Below, piece after piece: positions 1 through 12,800 of a DNA stretch of 64,000 nt. How positions within the stretch are numbered: position 1 is the first letter of the stretch; every line of letters starts with the position of its first letter. Source of the DNA: Octopus sinensis (taxonomy: Eukaryota); the NCBI RefSeq assembly GCF_006345805.1, contig NC_043014.1, forward strand, positions 14,570,001-14,634,000. Reading direction: 5' to 3'. A model generated the notes under the pieces. It searched no databases and was not told where the DNA came from. It saw only the letters and a program-made list of their open reading frames with translations. Position numbers and translations under genes: made by a program.

Positions 1-28
1 TTCTACAAAGAAGAAAAAACAAACTTAC

Positions 29-163
29 AAAATGCTCGTAGTCCTTTCTCAATAACAGATTTCAGATCATCTCTTGAGAGCCGACCAAGAGGTTTGCCAT
101 TCATTTTCTGGGAAGTTGTACTTGAGTTTGTTGATCTGCTGCCCCAAGTGACATGATAAAAAG
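29..163 (-). CDS. DYNC2H1: Dynein-2 heavy chain exon (approach to AAA4), last exon in window
   Basis: 135 nt, cag/gtaagt, phase 1 to 1. Encodes (S)FYHVTWGSRSTNSSTTSQKMNGKPLGRLSRDDLKSVIEKGLRAF. Confidence 0.93.
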
Positions 164-294
164 CTGTGAGAAAGAAAGACAAGGAAATTGTATAAAGTTT
201 AGATTAAACTTATGATATATTAAGTCTTGATGTTATTGCACAGAAATATAATTTATGTAGTGTTATTCACAGCTGCATGGTTCAGTGGTTAGAG

Positions 295-632
295 ATGAAG
301 GTGCTTGGCTCAGTAGTTGGAGCATTGGGCTTACAATCATGAGATAGTGAGTTCAATTCCTGGACTGGGCCGTGTGTTGCGTTTTTGAGCAAAACCCTTT
401 ATTTCATGTTGCTCTAGTACACTCAGCTGTAGAAATGAGTTGTGACATCACTGGTGCCAAGCTGTATTGGCTTTTGCCTTTCCCTTGGATAACATCAGTG
501 GCATGGAAAGGAGAGGCCGGTATGCATGGGCAACTGCTGGTCTTTCATAAACAACCTTGCCCAGACTTGTGCCTTGGAGGGGAACTCTCTAGGTGCAATC
601 CCATGGTCATTCATGACTGAAGTGGGTCTTTA
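295..632 (+). mobile_element. tRNA-derived SINE with V-domain-like motif
   Basis: tggctcagtagttgg A-box, gagttcaattcc B-box, ttgagcaaaaccc...cactcagctgtagaaatgag. Related copies at 10838-11155 (-) and 47060-47250. Confidence 0.7.
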
Positions 633-1269
633 TTCACTGTCAAAATATATATTGTCCCATATTGTCCTATTCACAGTTAAGTATTTTAGTTTGTCCTATT
701 CTCTGTTTAATATTTTATTGCATGTTACTCACTATTTCAATTAATTTTAAAAATACTTAAGAACATAGTAAAGTAATTTTGCCATTAGTAAGCTGGAGTT
801 TAGGGCATAAATTAATGAAACTTTGATGAAAGGTTTTTAAATTAGTTCACTTTAAAACATAAAGTTTGTGTCATAGAATTAGCGGTGGTTTCAGTTGGAT
901 TGGTATGAAAAGGGTTAAAACATTCCATTTATGGACCTATTCATAATTAAAATATTTTATTTATTGATCTGTTCAAGTATAGTATCATATTTTATTCAGT
1001 GCTGAAACGTTAGCACGCCGGGTGAAATGTGTAGCCGTATTTCATCTGTCGTTACGTTCCGAGTTCAAATTCTGCCGAGGTCGACTTTGCCTTTCATCCT
1101 TTCGGGGTTGATAAATTAAGTACCAGTTACGCACTGGGGTCGATATAATCGACTTAATCCATTTGTCTGTCCTTGTTTGTCCCCTCTGTGTTTAGCCCCT
1201 AGTGGGTAGTAAAGAAATATATTAACCTATTCACTGTAAAAATATTTTATCATATCTCATCTTCTTTGC

Positions 1270-1760
1270 TCAGTTATTCCAGGGAAAGTCAAGAGGAGTC
1301 TTCAAGAATGTCTTCCATTGTGTCCTGTCATCTCCAATTCATCTGGCTGGATCTTCAAGCAAGTCCAGCTGAGCTCATGGATGTTATCCAACAATCTTGT
1401 TTGCAGTCTACCATTGGGTCTACTGCTGGTTGGTTTCACCCATAAAACCTGTCAAGCCATTCTTTCTCGAGACATTCTCATCGCATGTCCATAGTGTCAG
1501 AGCAGTGATCTCTCAATTCAGAGAAGTATTTGCTCTACCTGGAGTATTTCTCTGATTTCTAAGCTACACACTCTATTGAGTAACATTATTTTAAAGACCC
1601 TTTGGAGAAACCCCATCACAGCTGCTTGTCTTTGTGATCATATTCTTTCAGCCATTACTCAAGATTCATGAAAATAGGTAAGGTTAGGCCCAAATACCAA
1701 ACTGAAGAGAATGGGTTTGGTTTTCACACCTACCTTCTGTCTTCTGATGACTGGTTATTC
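1270..1760 (-). mobile_element. Degraded RTE-clade LINE ORF2 C-terminus
   Basis: QAAVMGFLQRV...EIREILQVE...YGHAMRMSRER...RPNGRLQTRLLDNI, with stops. Confidence 0.75.
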
Positions 1761-2878
1761 ACTATAAAATATTTTTTGCGTATTGACTCAAGTAGATATT
1801 GTTTTGAGCTGAGTGGGGGTGCTAGGTTCCCTTGTTTGAAAATATAAGGACACAGATCATGTCATATAGCCAGCTGGAGATAATGTCTCCTGGGGCTAAA
1901 TTACAGCAACATTAGTCCTAAACCAGGACTGCCATGTTATGTTGGCAAACAGTCTTTACTACAAAGTACTGTTGCTGAATATCTCATATTGTGAGATTTA
2001 AAAATAGTAATTTTCTAATTTATAAATCAGTGACTAGTTGTCACTTTGAAAACTATATATTTCAAATGGGAATTTGGCAGCACAATCTCTAGCCGAGCAA
2101 TTATTCTGTGTTGATGAAGGGAAATATACCAGAAATCACAATACACAGATATTGTTTTGAGCTGAGTGGAGGGTGTTAGGTTCCCTTGTTTGAAAATATA
2201 AGGACACAGATCGTGTCATATAGCCAGAGGGAGATGATGTCTCCTGGGGCTAAATTACAGCAACATTAGTCCTAATCAATCTTTACTATCAAGTAGACCT
2301 GTCCTTCACAGCAGGAGGAGTGTTGATGTCACATCCCCACAATGACTGAGCCTTGTGCAGGTGCTATGTAAAAAGCACCTGTGCTGGCACCATGTAATAG
2401 CACCTGTGCCAGTGCTATGTAAAAAGCACTCAGCACACCCTGTAAAATGGTTGGCATTAGGAAGGACATCAAGCAACAGAAACCAAGCTAAATCAAAGTT
2501 TTCCTGCTTGGTAGCTCTGATCAAACCATCCCACCCATGCCAGAATGGAAAATAAATATTTAATGATGACGACAATGATGATGATGGCCTATTTACTATT
2601 AAAGCATCTATATTGATTTTGTCTTTTTGATCATCATCATCTACAACAGTACAATTATCGTCATTATTCTCTAGATTGTTGGTAGGGAATATCAAAAATG
2701 GTAAAGAGTCACATTAGATAGTCTGAGCTATTTAGTTGCATACTGTTATGTTTATAGATAAAAACCTGCTGGAATTAAATTGACTTTTCATCCCTGAAAA
2801 GAGCTCACTAGAAATAAATTGTAGTCAGGCATTGAGACCCTAGGGCCAAATTAGAGAATAATTACTATCAAGATTGTG

Positions 2879-3182
2879 GAGGCACATGGCCTAGTGGTTA
2901 GAGCAGCAGAATCGGGGTCGAGGGATCGCGGGTTCGAATCTCAGACCGGGCGATGTGTGTGTTTATGAGCGAAACATCCAAGCTCCACGTGGCTCTGGCA
3001 GAAGGTAATGGCAAACGTCTGCTGACTCTTTCGCAACAACTTTCTCTCACTCTTTCCTCCTGCATCTTGCAGTTCACCTGCGATGGACTGGCATCCTGTC
3101 CAGGTGGGGAACCTATATGCCAAGGAAACCAGGAAACCAGACCTATGAGCCAGGCATGGATTGAGAAGGAACAAACAACAAC
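2879..3182 (+). mobile_element. tRNA-derived V-SINE-like element with intact Pol III boxes
   Basis: A-box tggcctagtgg, B-box ggttcgaatc, cctgcgatggactggcatcctgtccagg motif, (AAC)n tail. Relatives at 17030-17320 (-), 23200-23470 (-) and 51540-51790 (-). Confidence 0.7.
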
Positions 3183-3612
3183 TATCAAGATTATTGTTAT
3201 GGTTATTATCACTATTGTTGGGATTGTGGTCATCATCATGACCACCACCATGAGTATTTGCATTCATTCTTATACATCACTGATTCAGTGAAACTGTCCA
3301 AATGAAATTACAAAATAACAATAATCTTTGATATCTGCTTGAGGAGGAAAAACGAAAAAAAGAGAGAAAAGAAACAGGTAACAGAGAGAGATTCTAAGTT
3401 GCTTGCCTTGTTAAAAATAGCAGCCAAATCTCACTCAAATTCTATCCTATCATCCTAACTTGCACACTGTAGTCCCTGATATACAGATGATAAAATTGAT
3501 CACAGCTGGAACACTTGACTAACAAATGGGTTTGCTTGCTCAGGATTAACTTGGTGCAAAACAACAGCTAAATATAAAGGAAAATAGGAAAGGAAAAGTG
3601 AGATATATTTAC

Positions 3613-3883
3613 ATTGTAATTTATCCAAGACATCGGCGGACCAATCAGCTTGTATAATGGACATGAGGATCTGGTCAAACCTGCTGCGGCTCTCCGGACC
3701 AACAATCCGGTCTCGGAACAAGCGACTCGCTTCATAAGCCCAGATTTCCAGAATGTGTTCGCTAGAGTTGCTGCTGGCCGTGTCACGGAGGTCATAGCGC
3801 AGAAGATTCAGAATCCATTGGGTGAGGTCGCATGGTGTGAAGAGGTAGTGACTATAGTCATCGACACTGAACTGCGCCTGAAG
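3613..3883 (-). CDS. DYNC2H1: Dynein-2 heavy chain exon
   Basis: 271 nt, tag/gtaaat, phase 0 to 1. Encodes LQAQFSVDDYSHYLFTPCDLTQWILNLLRYDL...EIWAYEASRLFRDRIVG...DWSADVLDKLQ. Confidence 0.95.
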
Positions 3884-5324
3884 CTAAACATCACAAAATG
3901 GCATTGGAAAGAGAAATTTCAAATTTAATTTTTAATTTGCGTATTTTACAAATATTTTATTTCATCTAATCTAAATTCTTTTAGAGAATTTATTGATTTT
4001 TTCACTCATGGGTCTCTCTTAGTAACTCATTCTCTCTCTCTTTCACTAACTCTTACTGTGTCTCTCAGCTGCTCTCATCTTCTCTCTTACATGTTCTTCC
4101 TATCTGTCTCTCGGTTTTTCTCTCTTCCTCTCTCACACACAAACAGATACTCATATATTCAAACACAGACACACTCACACATGTCATACAGAATTAATAC
4201 ATTGTGTGTATCAGAGGATTTAGAATACAATTTTCTTCCAACTACAAATATAAGGCTGATATTATTTTTTTCTTTTGTTTCAGTCATTTGACTGTGGCCA
4301 TGCTGGAGCACTGCCTTGAAGGATTTTAGTCAAACAATTTGACACTAGGACTTATTATTTGTAAACTAGTCGCAGGAGTGGCTGTGTGGTAAGTAGCTTG
4401 CTTACCAACCTCATGGTTCCGGGTTCAGTCCCACTGCATGGCACCTTGGATAAATGTCTTCTACTATAGCCTCGGGCTGACCAAAGCCTTGTGAGTGGAT
4501 TTGGTAGACAGAAACTGAAAGAAGCCTGTCGTATATATGTATATTTATATGTGTGTGTGTGTGTGTCTGTGTTTGTCCCCCCAATATTGCTTGACAACTG
4601 ATGCAAGCCCTACACCAACAGCAGTGGAAAGTGCAGTCTATGTGATATGGAAAGATGGCTCACCTGGAAAAGCAGCTTAGACCCCCCGCTACATGTCTGA
4701 ATTCAAGAACTGAACTTTTCGGATCATGTCCATATGTGGCCAAATATTTGTTACATTTTTGGTCCCCCCGAGACTACAGATAGAACTTGCTCTGTATTGT
4801 GTCCAAGCTTTTTATCTCTTTATACCTTTTACTTATATTTCTTATATATTTTTATTTATATTTTTTATACATATATTTCTTACATATTTATAGAGGTATT
4901 GATCTATAGGTTTATTGCTTATATATTTTTTACACACAATTTTTCTGTATTCTACCTTCCACCCTGCATTTTTCTCTGTGCATATATAAACATGTATATG
5001 GAATCTTTAGTGCACACGTGTGTGCGGGTATGTGCATATATAGATGTGTGTGTGTGTGTGCGTGCATCCGAGTATGTGCGTATATAGACGTATTTTACTC
5101 AGTGTTTTTACACATTTCCCTGTTTTTTGCCTTTAGCTCTGTTTTTTCTTGTGTATGTGCGCATACAGACGTATGTATGATTCTTTTTGTGCGTGTGTGT
5201 GCGTATATAGACGTGTGCGGGTATGTGCATATATAGGCGTGTATGTGTGCGTATATAAGGGTATGTGCTTATATAGATGTGGTTCACTCTTTGTATACTC
5301 CCTTATGCCTTTTTTCTGTATTGT

Positions 5325-5859
5325 TACCTTTAGCCCTGTTTTTTTCTCGTGCTTGTGCATATATAGACATGTGTATGAACCTTTATGGTGCACGCGTGTG
5401 TGAGTGTGAGTTTGTATGTATATACATATACATTTGGTGAATGGTGAGAGTGAAGATGTATACGTTTTCAAGTGAGGGTGGATGAATGTATAATTTTAGG
5501 CACACGCACGTGGATGTGCAGGCGCGCATGTGTAGGTAGGAACACGCGCGCTTAAGCGAATACTATGAACTTTCTTTTACTCCCTCCCTTTACTTAGCGT
5601 CATTCAAATAGCTCTTTTGTCTTGATAACAGTCAATCACACAGTAATTTCCGTTTGTATAACGGTCATTTTTCATAGCATTTTCCCGATAGCCAGATAAC
5701 TGAAGAGATGGTGGCGTGGATTTCCACCTCGGCATCCGAAACTCGGAGTTTTATCATAGCTACCGAATAATTGTCACATATAACATTTACAGATAAATTC
5801 CTCTATTTACATAATATCAAGATCTCTTTCTTTCTTTTGTTGTCTTACCATTTTTATCA

Positions 5860-5860
<1 letters not shown>
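5325..5860 (+). mobile_element. Penelope-like terminal repeat / retrozyme-like unit, homologous to 20010-20562
   Basis: Colinear similarity over about 530 nt between the two copies. Both contain a hammerhead, and the second copy abuts the GIY-YIG fragment in the opposite orientation. Confidence 0.6.
5695..5755 (+). ncRNA. Hammerhead motif in Penelope-like terminal repeat (copy 1)
   Basis: GATAA-CTGAAGA-gatg gtgg...ccac...catcc-GAAA-CTCGGAG-TT-TTATC. Confidence 0.65.
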
Positions 5861-5900
<40 letters not shown>

Positions 5901-5932
5901 TATATGTATACATACATACGTACGTACGTATG

Positions 5933-5976
<44 letters not shown>

Positions 5977-6565
5977 TACACATATATATATAGGAGAATT
6001 TGTTGTTGAAAATGCACCTGAATTTGCAAAACTTGTAACTGTTTTTAAATAAATTTATTTACATACATACCAAACTAGTTCCAACAACTTTTTGCTTACC
6101 AATGGTAAAAATGTAAAATGTATGGCATTTAAAAAATTTTAAATTGCAAAGTAGGAAACTTGTTTAAATGTTCACAAAATTCAATAATGTTAGAAATGAT
6201 TGGTGAAAAATATTATAAAAAATGTGGATTGCCAAAAGTTCAGTCATACTGAGTTTAGAGAGAGAAAGAAAGGGAAAAGAAGAAAGTAAAGGAAAGGGGC
6301 TTTGTTACAGTTCTGTGGTCCTTTTTTCCATCGCAAGCAGGAATCTATGTGTCTGTTTGTGCCTGTGTTTGTCCCTTCAACAATTGCCTGACAACTGATG
6401 TTGGTGTGTTTACATCTCCGTAACTTCGCGGTGCAGCAAAAAGAGACCAATAGAAAAAGTACTAGGCTTACAAAGAATAGGTCTTGGCGTTAATTTCTTC
6501 AACCAAAACCATTTAAGGCAGTGCTCCAGTATGGCCATAGTCTAATGACTGAAACAAGTAACAGA

Positions 6566-6639
<74 letters not shown>

Positions 6640-7864
6640 CTTTACTTGTTTCAGTCATTTGACTGTGGCCATGCTGGAAAACCACCTTTAGTCGAGCAAA
6701 TTGACCCCAAGACTTATTCTTTGTAAACCTAGTACTTATTCTATCGGTCTTTTGCTGAACTGCTAAGTTACTGGGACGAAAATACACCAGCATCGGTTGT
6801 CAAGTGATGTTGGGGAGACAAACACATACACACAAACATACACACACACATATATATACATATTTACGACGGGCTTCATTCAGTTTCCATCTACCAAATC
6901 CACTCACAAGGCTTTGGTCGACCCGAGGCTATAGTAGAAGACATCTGCCCAAGGTGCCACACAGTGGGAATGAACCCGGAACCATGTGGTTGATAAGCAA
7001 GCTACTTACCACACAGCCACTCCTGCACCTATGTACATATATAAAAAAATGTTTCCGTAATGAGATAAAAAAACTAAGGCTGTGTAGATTTTAGAACATT
7101 TATAGGTAGACGGTCTTATAGCTATTTCCAGGATATTTATTATATCCCTTCATCGGAGACGGTCTTAGGGGACGGTTAAGAAATAGCTAATTTAGATAAG
7201 ATATAAAATAGAGAGTGAGGTGGAGGAAATAAAAGAAAATAGATGTGAGATATGTAGGGATATTGCATATCTATCTATCTATCTATATATATACAACAAG
7301 CTTTTTTCAGTTTCTGTCTACCAAATCTACTCACAAGGCTTTTGTTGGCATGAAACAATATTAGAAGACACTTGCCCAAAACACCAGGCAATCAGATTGA
7401 ACCTGAGACCATGTGATTGAGAAGTAAGTTTGTAACCACTAAACCATACCCGCACCTTAAGTGTGTGCATGGGGAGTGCACATATGCGATTGTGTGTGAG
7501 TGCATGTGTCTCACATGATGTAAGCAGTTCCACTGATCACAGAACTAGAACACTCAATCATTGAAACTGTCACAGGATCCATTATTGCATTTCATAATGG
7601 GTGGAGTTGGGTGGGGGTGGGTGGGCTCGAAATCCTAAAAAAAATCAATGAGTTCCATTTGCCTATGGAGAAAGCTGAACCCAAGCAGTGATTCCAGTTC
7701 CTAGATTCCGCTTCACTTATGCTCTTAATGCTTGTAGGAAAGACATGAACGTTACAACTTCCTGTTCTTCTCTCCCGCCTAAAAATATCTGGGATTTTTA
7801 CAGAGTTAGAAGAACTTAATATTGTAAAATCCTGAAATGGATGCAAGAGCAGCATTCTTAATCC

Positions 7865-8230
7865 TTGGTGGATGTCAGTGTGCATATATGTGAGTGTGTG
7901 TATACGTGTGTTGTGTATGTGTGTGTGTGTGTGTGTGCACATATGTATTTGTGTATGTCTATGAGTATGTCTGTGTGTGTACATGTGTGTGCAAGTGTGC
8001 ATGCGTGTTGCATGGGTTTGTATTCTGTATGTGTGTTGATGCTTGCATTAGTATATGTGCTTGTGTGTGATGTGCATATGGTGTGTGTGTGTGTGTATTT
8101 GCCGTTGCATATGTATGCAAGCTGTGTGTTTGTGTGTGTGTACGTGTTTGTTGTGCATGTGTATGTATGTGTTTATGCTTATGCTTTGTGTGTGTCTCAG
8201 CATGTTTTCTATGTGTGTGTGTGTGCATGC
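7865..8230. repeat. Degenerate (TG)n low-complexity tract
   Basis: Direct inspection. Confidence 0.9.
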
Positions 8231-8838
8231 AAAAGGAAGATTCCAGATTTAAAATCAATAATTTTTTAGAATTTTCTTTAAAACAAGCAACTCTGACAGA
8301 CATGAGGAAGGAAGGAAAAAAAAACTTCAGATTCTCAATTCTAATTCTTGTGGTACTGCATCCTGCTGGGAACGTGTGTGTGTGTGTGTATGTGTATGTG
8401 TGTGTGGATGGGTGTGTATGTATATGTAATGGTAAGATAGATTCCCATGTACTTTAAAGAATATTATCCAAGATGGATAGGAGAAAAAAAAACCCTCCCC
8501 TCACCAAAAATCCTCCAACAAAACCAAAAATAAATTAGAAAAAAGCGAAATAAATAAAACAGACATTTTTTAAAAACATCTCTTCCCCAGTCAGAATCCT
8601 TTGATTTAGTTTAACACCATTTTATTATGGAGATATGAAAATATTTTTACATATAGAAGAACTTGGCAAAAATTATGGCCATTTTTTGTACTAATATAAA
8701 AATACCTTTAATTAACTATGTTTTAACCACCACTTTTCCTAGTGGCTGTGAGGTATCACTGCCTCCATGAGGCCCAACGCTCAAATTGTGCTTTTACCCC
8801 AATCCTAGCCTCCAAAACAAAAACGAAAGCAAACCTAC

Positions 8839-8983
8839 TTGTTCATAAAGTTGGACCATGGATCCAGCCAGGGAATGGATCTTACTTGGATTACTCCAGA
8901 TCGGATGACTTGGTAATCTTTGGTGTAATATTGAACTCAGATATGCCATGTAAACAGATTTCAGTTGTTCATGGTCTGGATAA
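8839..8983 (-). CDS. DYNC2H1: Dynein-2 heavy chain exon
   Basis: 145 nt, tag/gtaggt, phase 2 to 0. Encodes (S)YPDHEQLKSVYMAYLSSILHQRLPSHPIWSNPSKIHSLAGSMVQLYEQ. Confidence 0.95.
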
Positions 8984-9707
8984 CTAGGAAAAGTGATACA
9001 AATGTGATTAATAATCTCAACATGACATACTTAGGGAGAGTAAAAACTTTAAAAAACATTGGATTTACACTGGTAGCCAATGATGCTACTTTGTTAGTAG
9101 AAGTAAAATATGGACTTTGTTGTGTGTTTGTGTGTGTGTGTGTGTATGTATATTATGTCAGGTCACTTTCGAGTGCTACTGGTAACATGTAACCCAGTAC
9201 AACCTGTTGCATGGTCAGGTCGTCGGCAATTAAACCGGCAACCGAACCAAGCTTGCTTGGTGAGGAGGGTGTTTATTGGACACCCTGTGGGATGAAAAAC
9301 AAAACCCATCAAAGGGCAGAGGAACTCTTGAGAGTCAACGGCCATCCAGTAAATGTCTTAAGGCTGTATCATGCACGGGGACATAGAAATAATCAGACTG
9401 AATACCCAATCGTGCAGTTAAACCATTGGGAGTGAAGGACTCCTAGCCTTTGTTAGGGCATCATTCTAGGAGAAGGTAACTCAGGCAACTGGGATAACTC
9501 CGACATAAAACCTGCAGCTCAGTGGTTACCTATGATGTTGACTTGTTCTTCTTTTTGGATCATGGCTGCTGTTGCTTAGTGCGTGGGATTAACTCAGTGC
9601 ACAGCCTTTCCTCACTTTAAAAAAAATCTTCTTGCACAGGCATTGCACGATAACAATATTGATTAAACTTCGTGCAATGGCCATACTCGATAACGAGGGG
9701 GCAGCCA

Positions 9708-9749
<42 letters not shown>

Positions 9750-9828
9750 CAAAGTGAAGCTGGAAGGTACTGCACAAGTGGAAATATATCTGAAAGAAGG
9801 TTTGAAAATGCAAATTTAAAGATGTTTA

Positions 9829-9877
9829 TTCACTTGACCGGTTTCACTTTTTTAGAAAAAGATTGTCAAAAGTAAAA
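9829..9877 (-). ncRNA. Minimal hammerhead motif, U3-A8 variant (partly degenerate)
   Basis: Minus strand reads ttttactt-TTGACAA-t cttttt cta aaaaag t-GAAA-CCGG-TC-aagtgaa. The base of stem II is a U.U mismatch. Confidence 0.6.
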
Positions 9878-10017
9878 TGTAAAGCTTTGTATAAGCTTTG
9901 TTGTGTTAAGTACTGGTTGTCACAAAAGTATTAAAATACAAAAGTATTAAAATATACATATATATTCTTTGATAATAATCATTATCAGAGAATGTATATA
10001 TGTATTTTAATACACAT

Positions 10018-10100
10018 ATTCCTCTGATGATATTGTGCTCATGTCACATAAATGTAAATTTAATGTTTATTGAGTATTAATCAAAACAGCTGTAAGTGAA
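10018..10100 (+). ncRNA. Degenerate hammerhead motif
   Basis: CTGATGA at 10024, gtgctca/tgagtat stem II, AAAA in place of GAAA, CAGCTG palindrome, TA, agtgaa. Confidence 0.5.
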
Positions 10101-10294
10101 GATGACTAATTTGCTGTTAATAATAAACAATCATTAACTCCATTTTCTTTTCTTCTTTTAAATGAATATAAACTATATGTTTCTATATATATACCTAATA
10201 TTTTAAGGAAATTCATCCCACAAAAATATTAGGTATTGAACCAGTTTTTCTTTGAATGAAACCATCCCTTCATGTGGTTTAGCACCATCCGTTC

Positions 10295-10576
10295 GTGTCC
10301 GTTGCCAGCCTTGCCTGGCCCCCGGGCCGGTGGCACGAAAAATCACCATCCGTTCGTGGCCGTTTGCCAGTTCTGTCTGGCACCTGTGCAGGTGGCACAT
10401 AAAAAGCACCCACTACACTCACGGAGTGGTTGGCGTTAGGAAGGGCATCCAGCCGTAGAAACACTGCCAAATCTGACTGGGCCTGATGAAGTCTTCCGGC
10501 TTCACAGACCCCAGTTAAACCATCTAACCCATGCTAGCATGGAAAACGGACGCTAAATGATGATGATGATGATGAT
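10295..10576 (+). mobile_element. RTE-type 3' UTR element (representative copy)
   Basis: ggcac(g/a)taaaaagcacc repeats, tggcgttaggaagggcatccagcc, (GAT)n tail. Similar copies at about 17500-18180, 32893-33365, 35385-35698, 43205-43480 (-), 44770-45440 and 52740-52890 (-). Confidence 0.75.
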
Positions 10577-11262
10577 TTAACATCCATCTTCCATACATGC
10601 ATGAGTAGCATGGTTCACAGGAGCTGGCCAAATAGAAAACTACCCTAGGCTACTGTGTCTCTTTTGCCCTTCCTAACACCAACCACTCTGCTGAGCAGAC
10701 TCAGTGCTTTCTATGCGGCACCAGTATAGGCGAGGGCAGTTTTGGCATGATTTTTACAGCTGGATCCCTTTCCAAATGCCAACCATGTTGCAGTGTGGAT
10801 TGGATGCTTTTTATGTGGCACCAGCACTTGCAGGGTCATGAATGACCATGGGATTGCACCTAGAAAGTTCCCTTCTGAGGCACAAGTCTGGGCAAGTTTG
10901 TTTCTGGAAGACCAGCAGTCACCCTTGCATACCAGACTACTTCTCCATGCTTCCAATGTTGTCCAGGGGAAAGGCAAAGGCCAATATAGTTTGGCACCAG
11001 TGACATTGCAACTCACTTACAACTGACTGAACTGGAGCAACATGAAATAAAATGTCTTGCTCAAGTACACAACATACAACCCAGTATAGGATTTGAACTC
11101 ACAACCTTATGATTGTAATCCTGATGCTTGAAATCATGGAGCCCTGCATCTTCACACACATACCCACACATGGATACATCAATGTATGTGACAGGGGGAG
11201 AAAGAGAGTGAGGAGATAGAGAGAAAGAGCAAAAGAGTGAAAGAGAGAGAGATGAAAGTTAC

Positions 11263-11414
11263 CTTATTGAACATATCCTGACAATAGATGTAAACCGAGT
11301 TGACAATTTATGCCGACCAAGTGAGGTTCCAGCATTCATGCTAGCCACGATCTGAACACTTTCAAGTCCGACCCACTCCAGGCTGGAGTTATAGAATCCT
11401 CCAAATGTGAATAT
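11263..11414 (-). CDS. DYNC2H1: Dynein-2 heavy chain exon (AAA3)
   Basis: 152 nt, cag/gtaact, phase 0 to 2. Encodes IFTFGGFYNSSLEWVGLESVQIVASMNAGTSLGRHKLSTRFTSIVRICSI. Confidence 0.96.
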
Positions 11415-12499
11415 CTGAAAATACAAGATTATGCTGACATTAGGGCAGTAAACAAGGCAACATGGACTCACAGAGAATTAGCTGACAATGGTGAGAATTA
11501 GTGAGCAAGGACTCGAGTAAGTCCTTGGTGCTTGCTCTCTAAAGCATCCTTAACATGATGGATATCCATCCAGCCATGTTTCCCATCCACTATTCCTGAG
11601 AAGGTTGTTGGAGTAGAGTGCTCTGGCACCACTTCCACAGGGTCCTTGGTCCCCACCCCCAAAATTTAAGGCCTTTGCCTATAGTAGAAAGAATTATTGT
11701 TATTAACATTAACAAGGCAGTGAGCTGGTAGAATTGTTACCATGCTGAACAAAAATGTTCATGTAATTCTTGTCAGAAACAAGAATATTATTTTACCAAA
11801 GTTTCCCATTGATCAAATCGATAATTCTTCAGGATTTAGTCAGAGTGAAATTTCTCAAGATAAATGGACTTAGTAGAATAGACAAATAGACAATTACAAA
11901 CTTCTGTGACCAAATTCTTATCACATACATATGCATATTTGTAAATTGTTAAAAAAATAAATAAATAAAATAAAAATTTAAAAAAAACAAATTCTTTCCA
12001 TTCTACATCATTTGCACTAAGAGCTTCTTTGAATTTGGAATTTTCCTTCATCTCTTTTATCATTTTTCTCTTCATTTATCTTTTGTTTCAGTCATTGGTG
12101 TGTGGCCATGCTGGGGCACCACTTTGAAGGGTTTAGTCAAACAAATCAACCCCAGGACTTATTTTGTTTCAAGTCTGGGACTTACTCTGCTGGACTTTTT
12201 TTCAAGAGGAACATAAATGAATCATCAATGATTGTCAAGTGGTGGTAGTGGTGCAGCTTGCACACTTCTATAGATTACACACCTCTCAACTGCTAGTAGC
12301 TGATGTACCAACTTTCTACATTAATAACTTTCCAACCCATGCCAGCATGGAACATAGACATTAAGCGAGATGTTAAAAGAAAGCTTTCAATTAATATATG
12401 TATATAAAGTAAATACACGTAATTCAAAAACATGTTTGTGTAACTTATTTTGTAATAAAAAAACAGGTACAAATTGTAAACAATGAAAGTTCAATTTGG

Positions 12500-12800
12500 T
12501 CATTCATTTGACAGAGGTAGCAGAGAGATAATCCGATGATAAATCTGACCTTGGATCTTGAAAGTTTGCATGAATCCTGGCTCAGTGAAATCTCTTGTGA
12601 CTCCAAATGATGTCATTTGTAGTGCAGCATTGTATTGTCTAATTTTGTTTTGGAAGTGCTTGGAATCTTGGTCAGTTGATGACAACAGTTTCTTCAAAGG
12701 CTCTGGAAGTTGGGGGATTGTAGGGAGTTTAACTTTCCACCGCTGCAGCACAGTGCAGGTATCTCTCCAGGCCACATCCTTGCTTTACAATGTATGCACT
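12500..12800 (-). mobile_element. Helitron RepHel N-terminal fragment
   Basis: KVKLPTIPQLPEPLKKLL...SKHFQNKIRQYNAALQMTSFG...TFKIQGQIYHRIISLLP is characteristic of the region preceding the Helitron Rep domain. Confidence 0.85.

Noticed and set aside
2879-2950. tRNA gene (also 17240-17320 and 295-365)
   Set aside because: A and B boxes are present, but the sequence continues into SINE body and tail, and the acceptor stem is not convincing.
3613-3883. Higher GC (about 51% by hand count) of this exon as a sign of foreign origin
   Set aside because: It is in frame, has canonical splice sites and is colinear with dynein-2; the variation is within what exons can show.
6804-7094. Recurrent ORFs containing [31 protein letters not shown]
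   Set aside because: Antisense translations of the CORE-like SINE, repeated at many copies; not a gene family.
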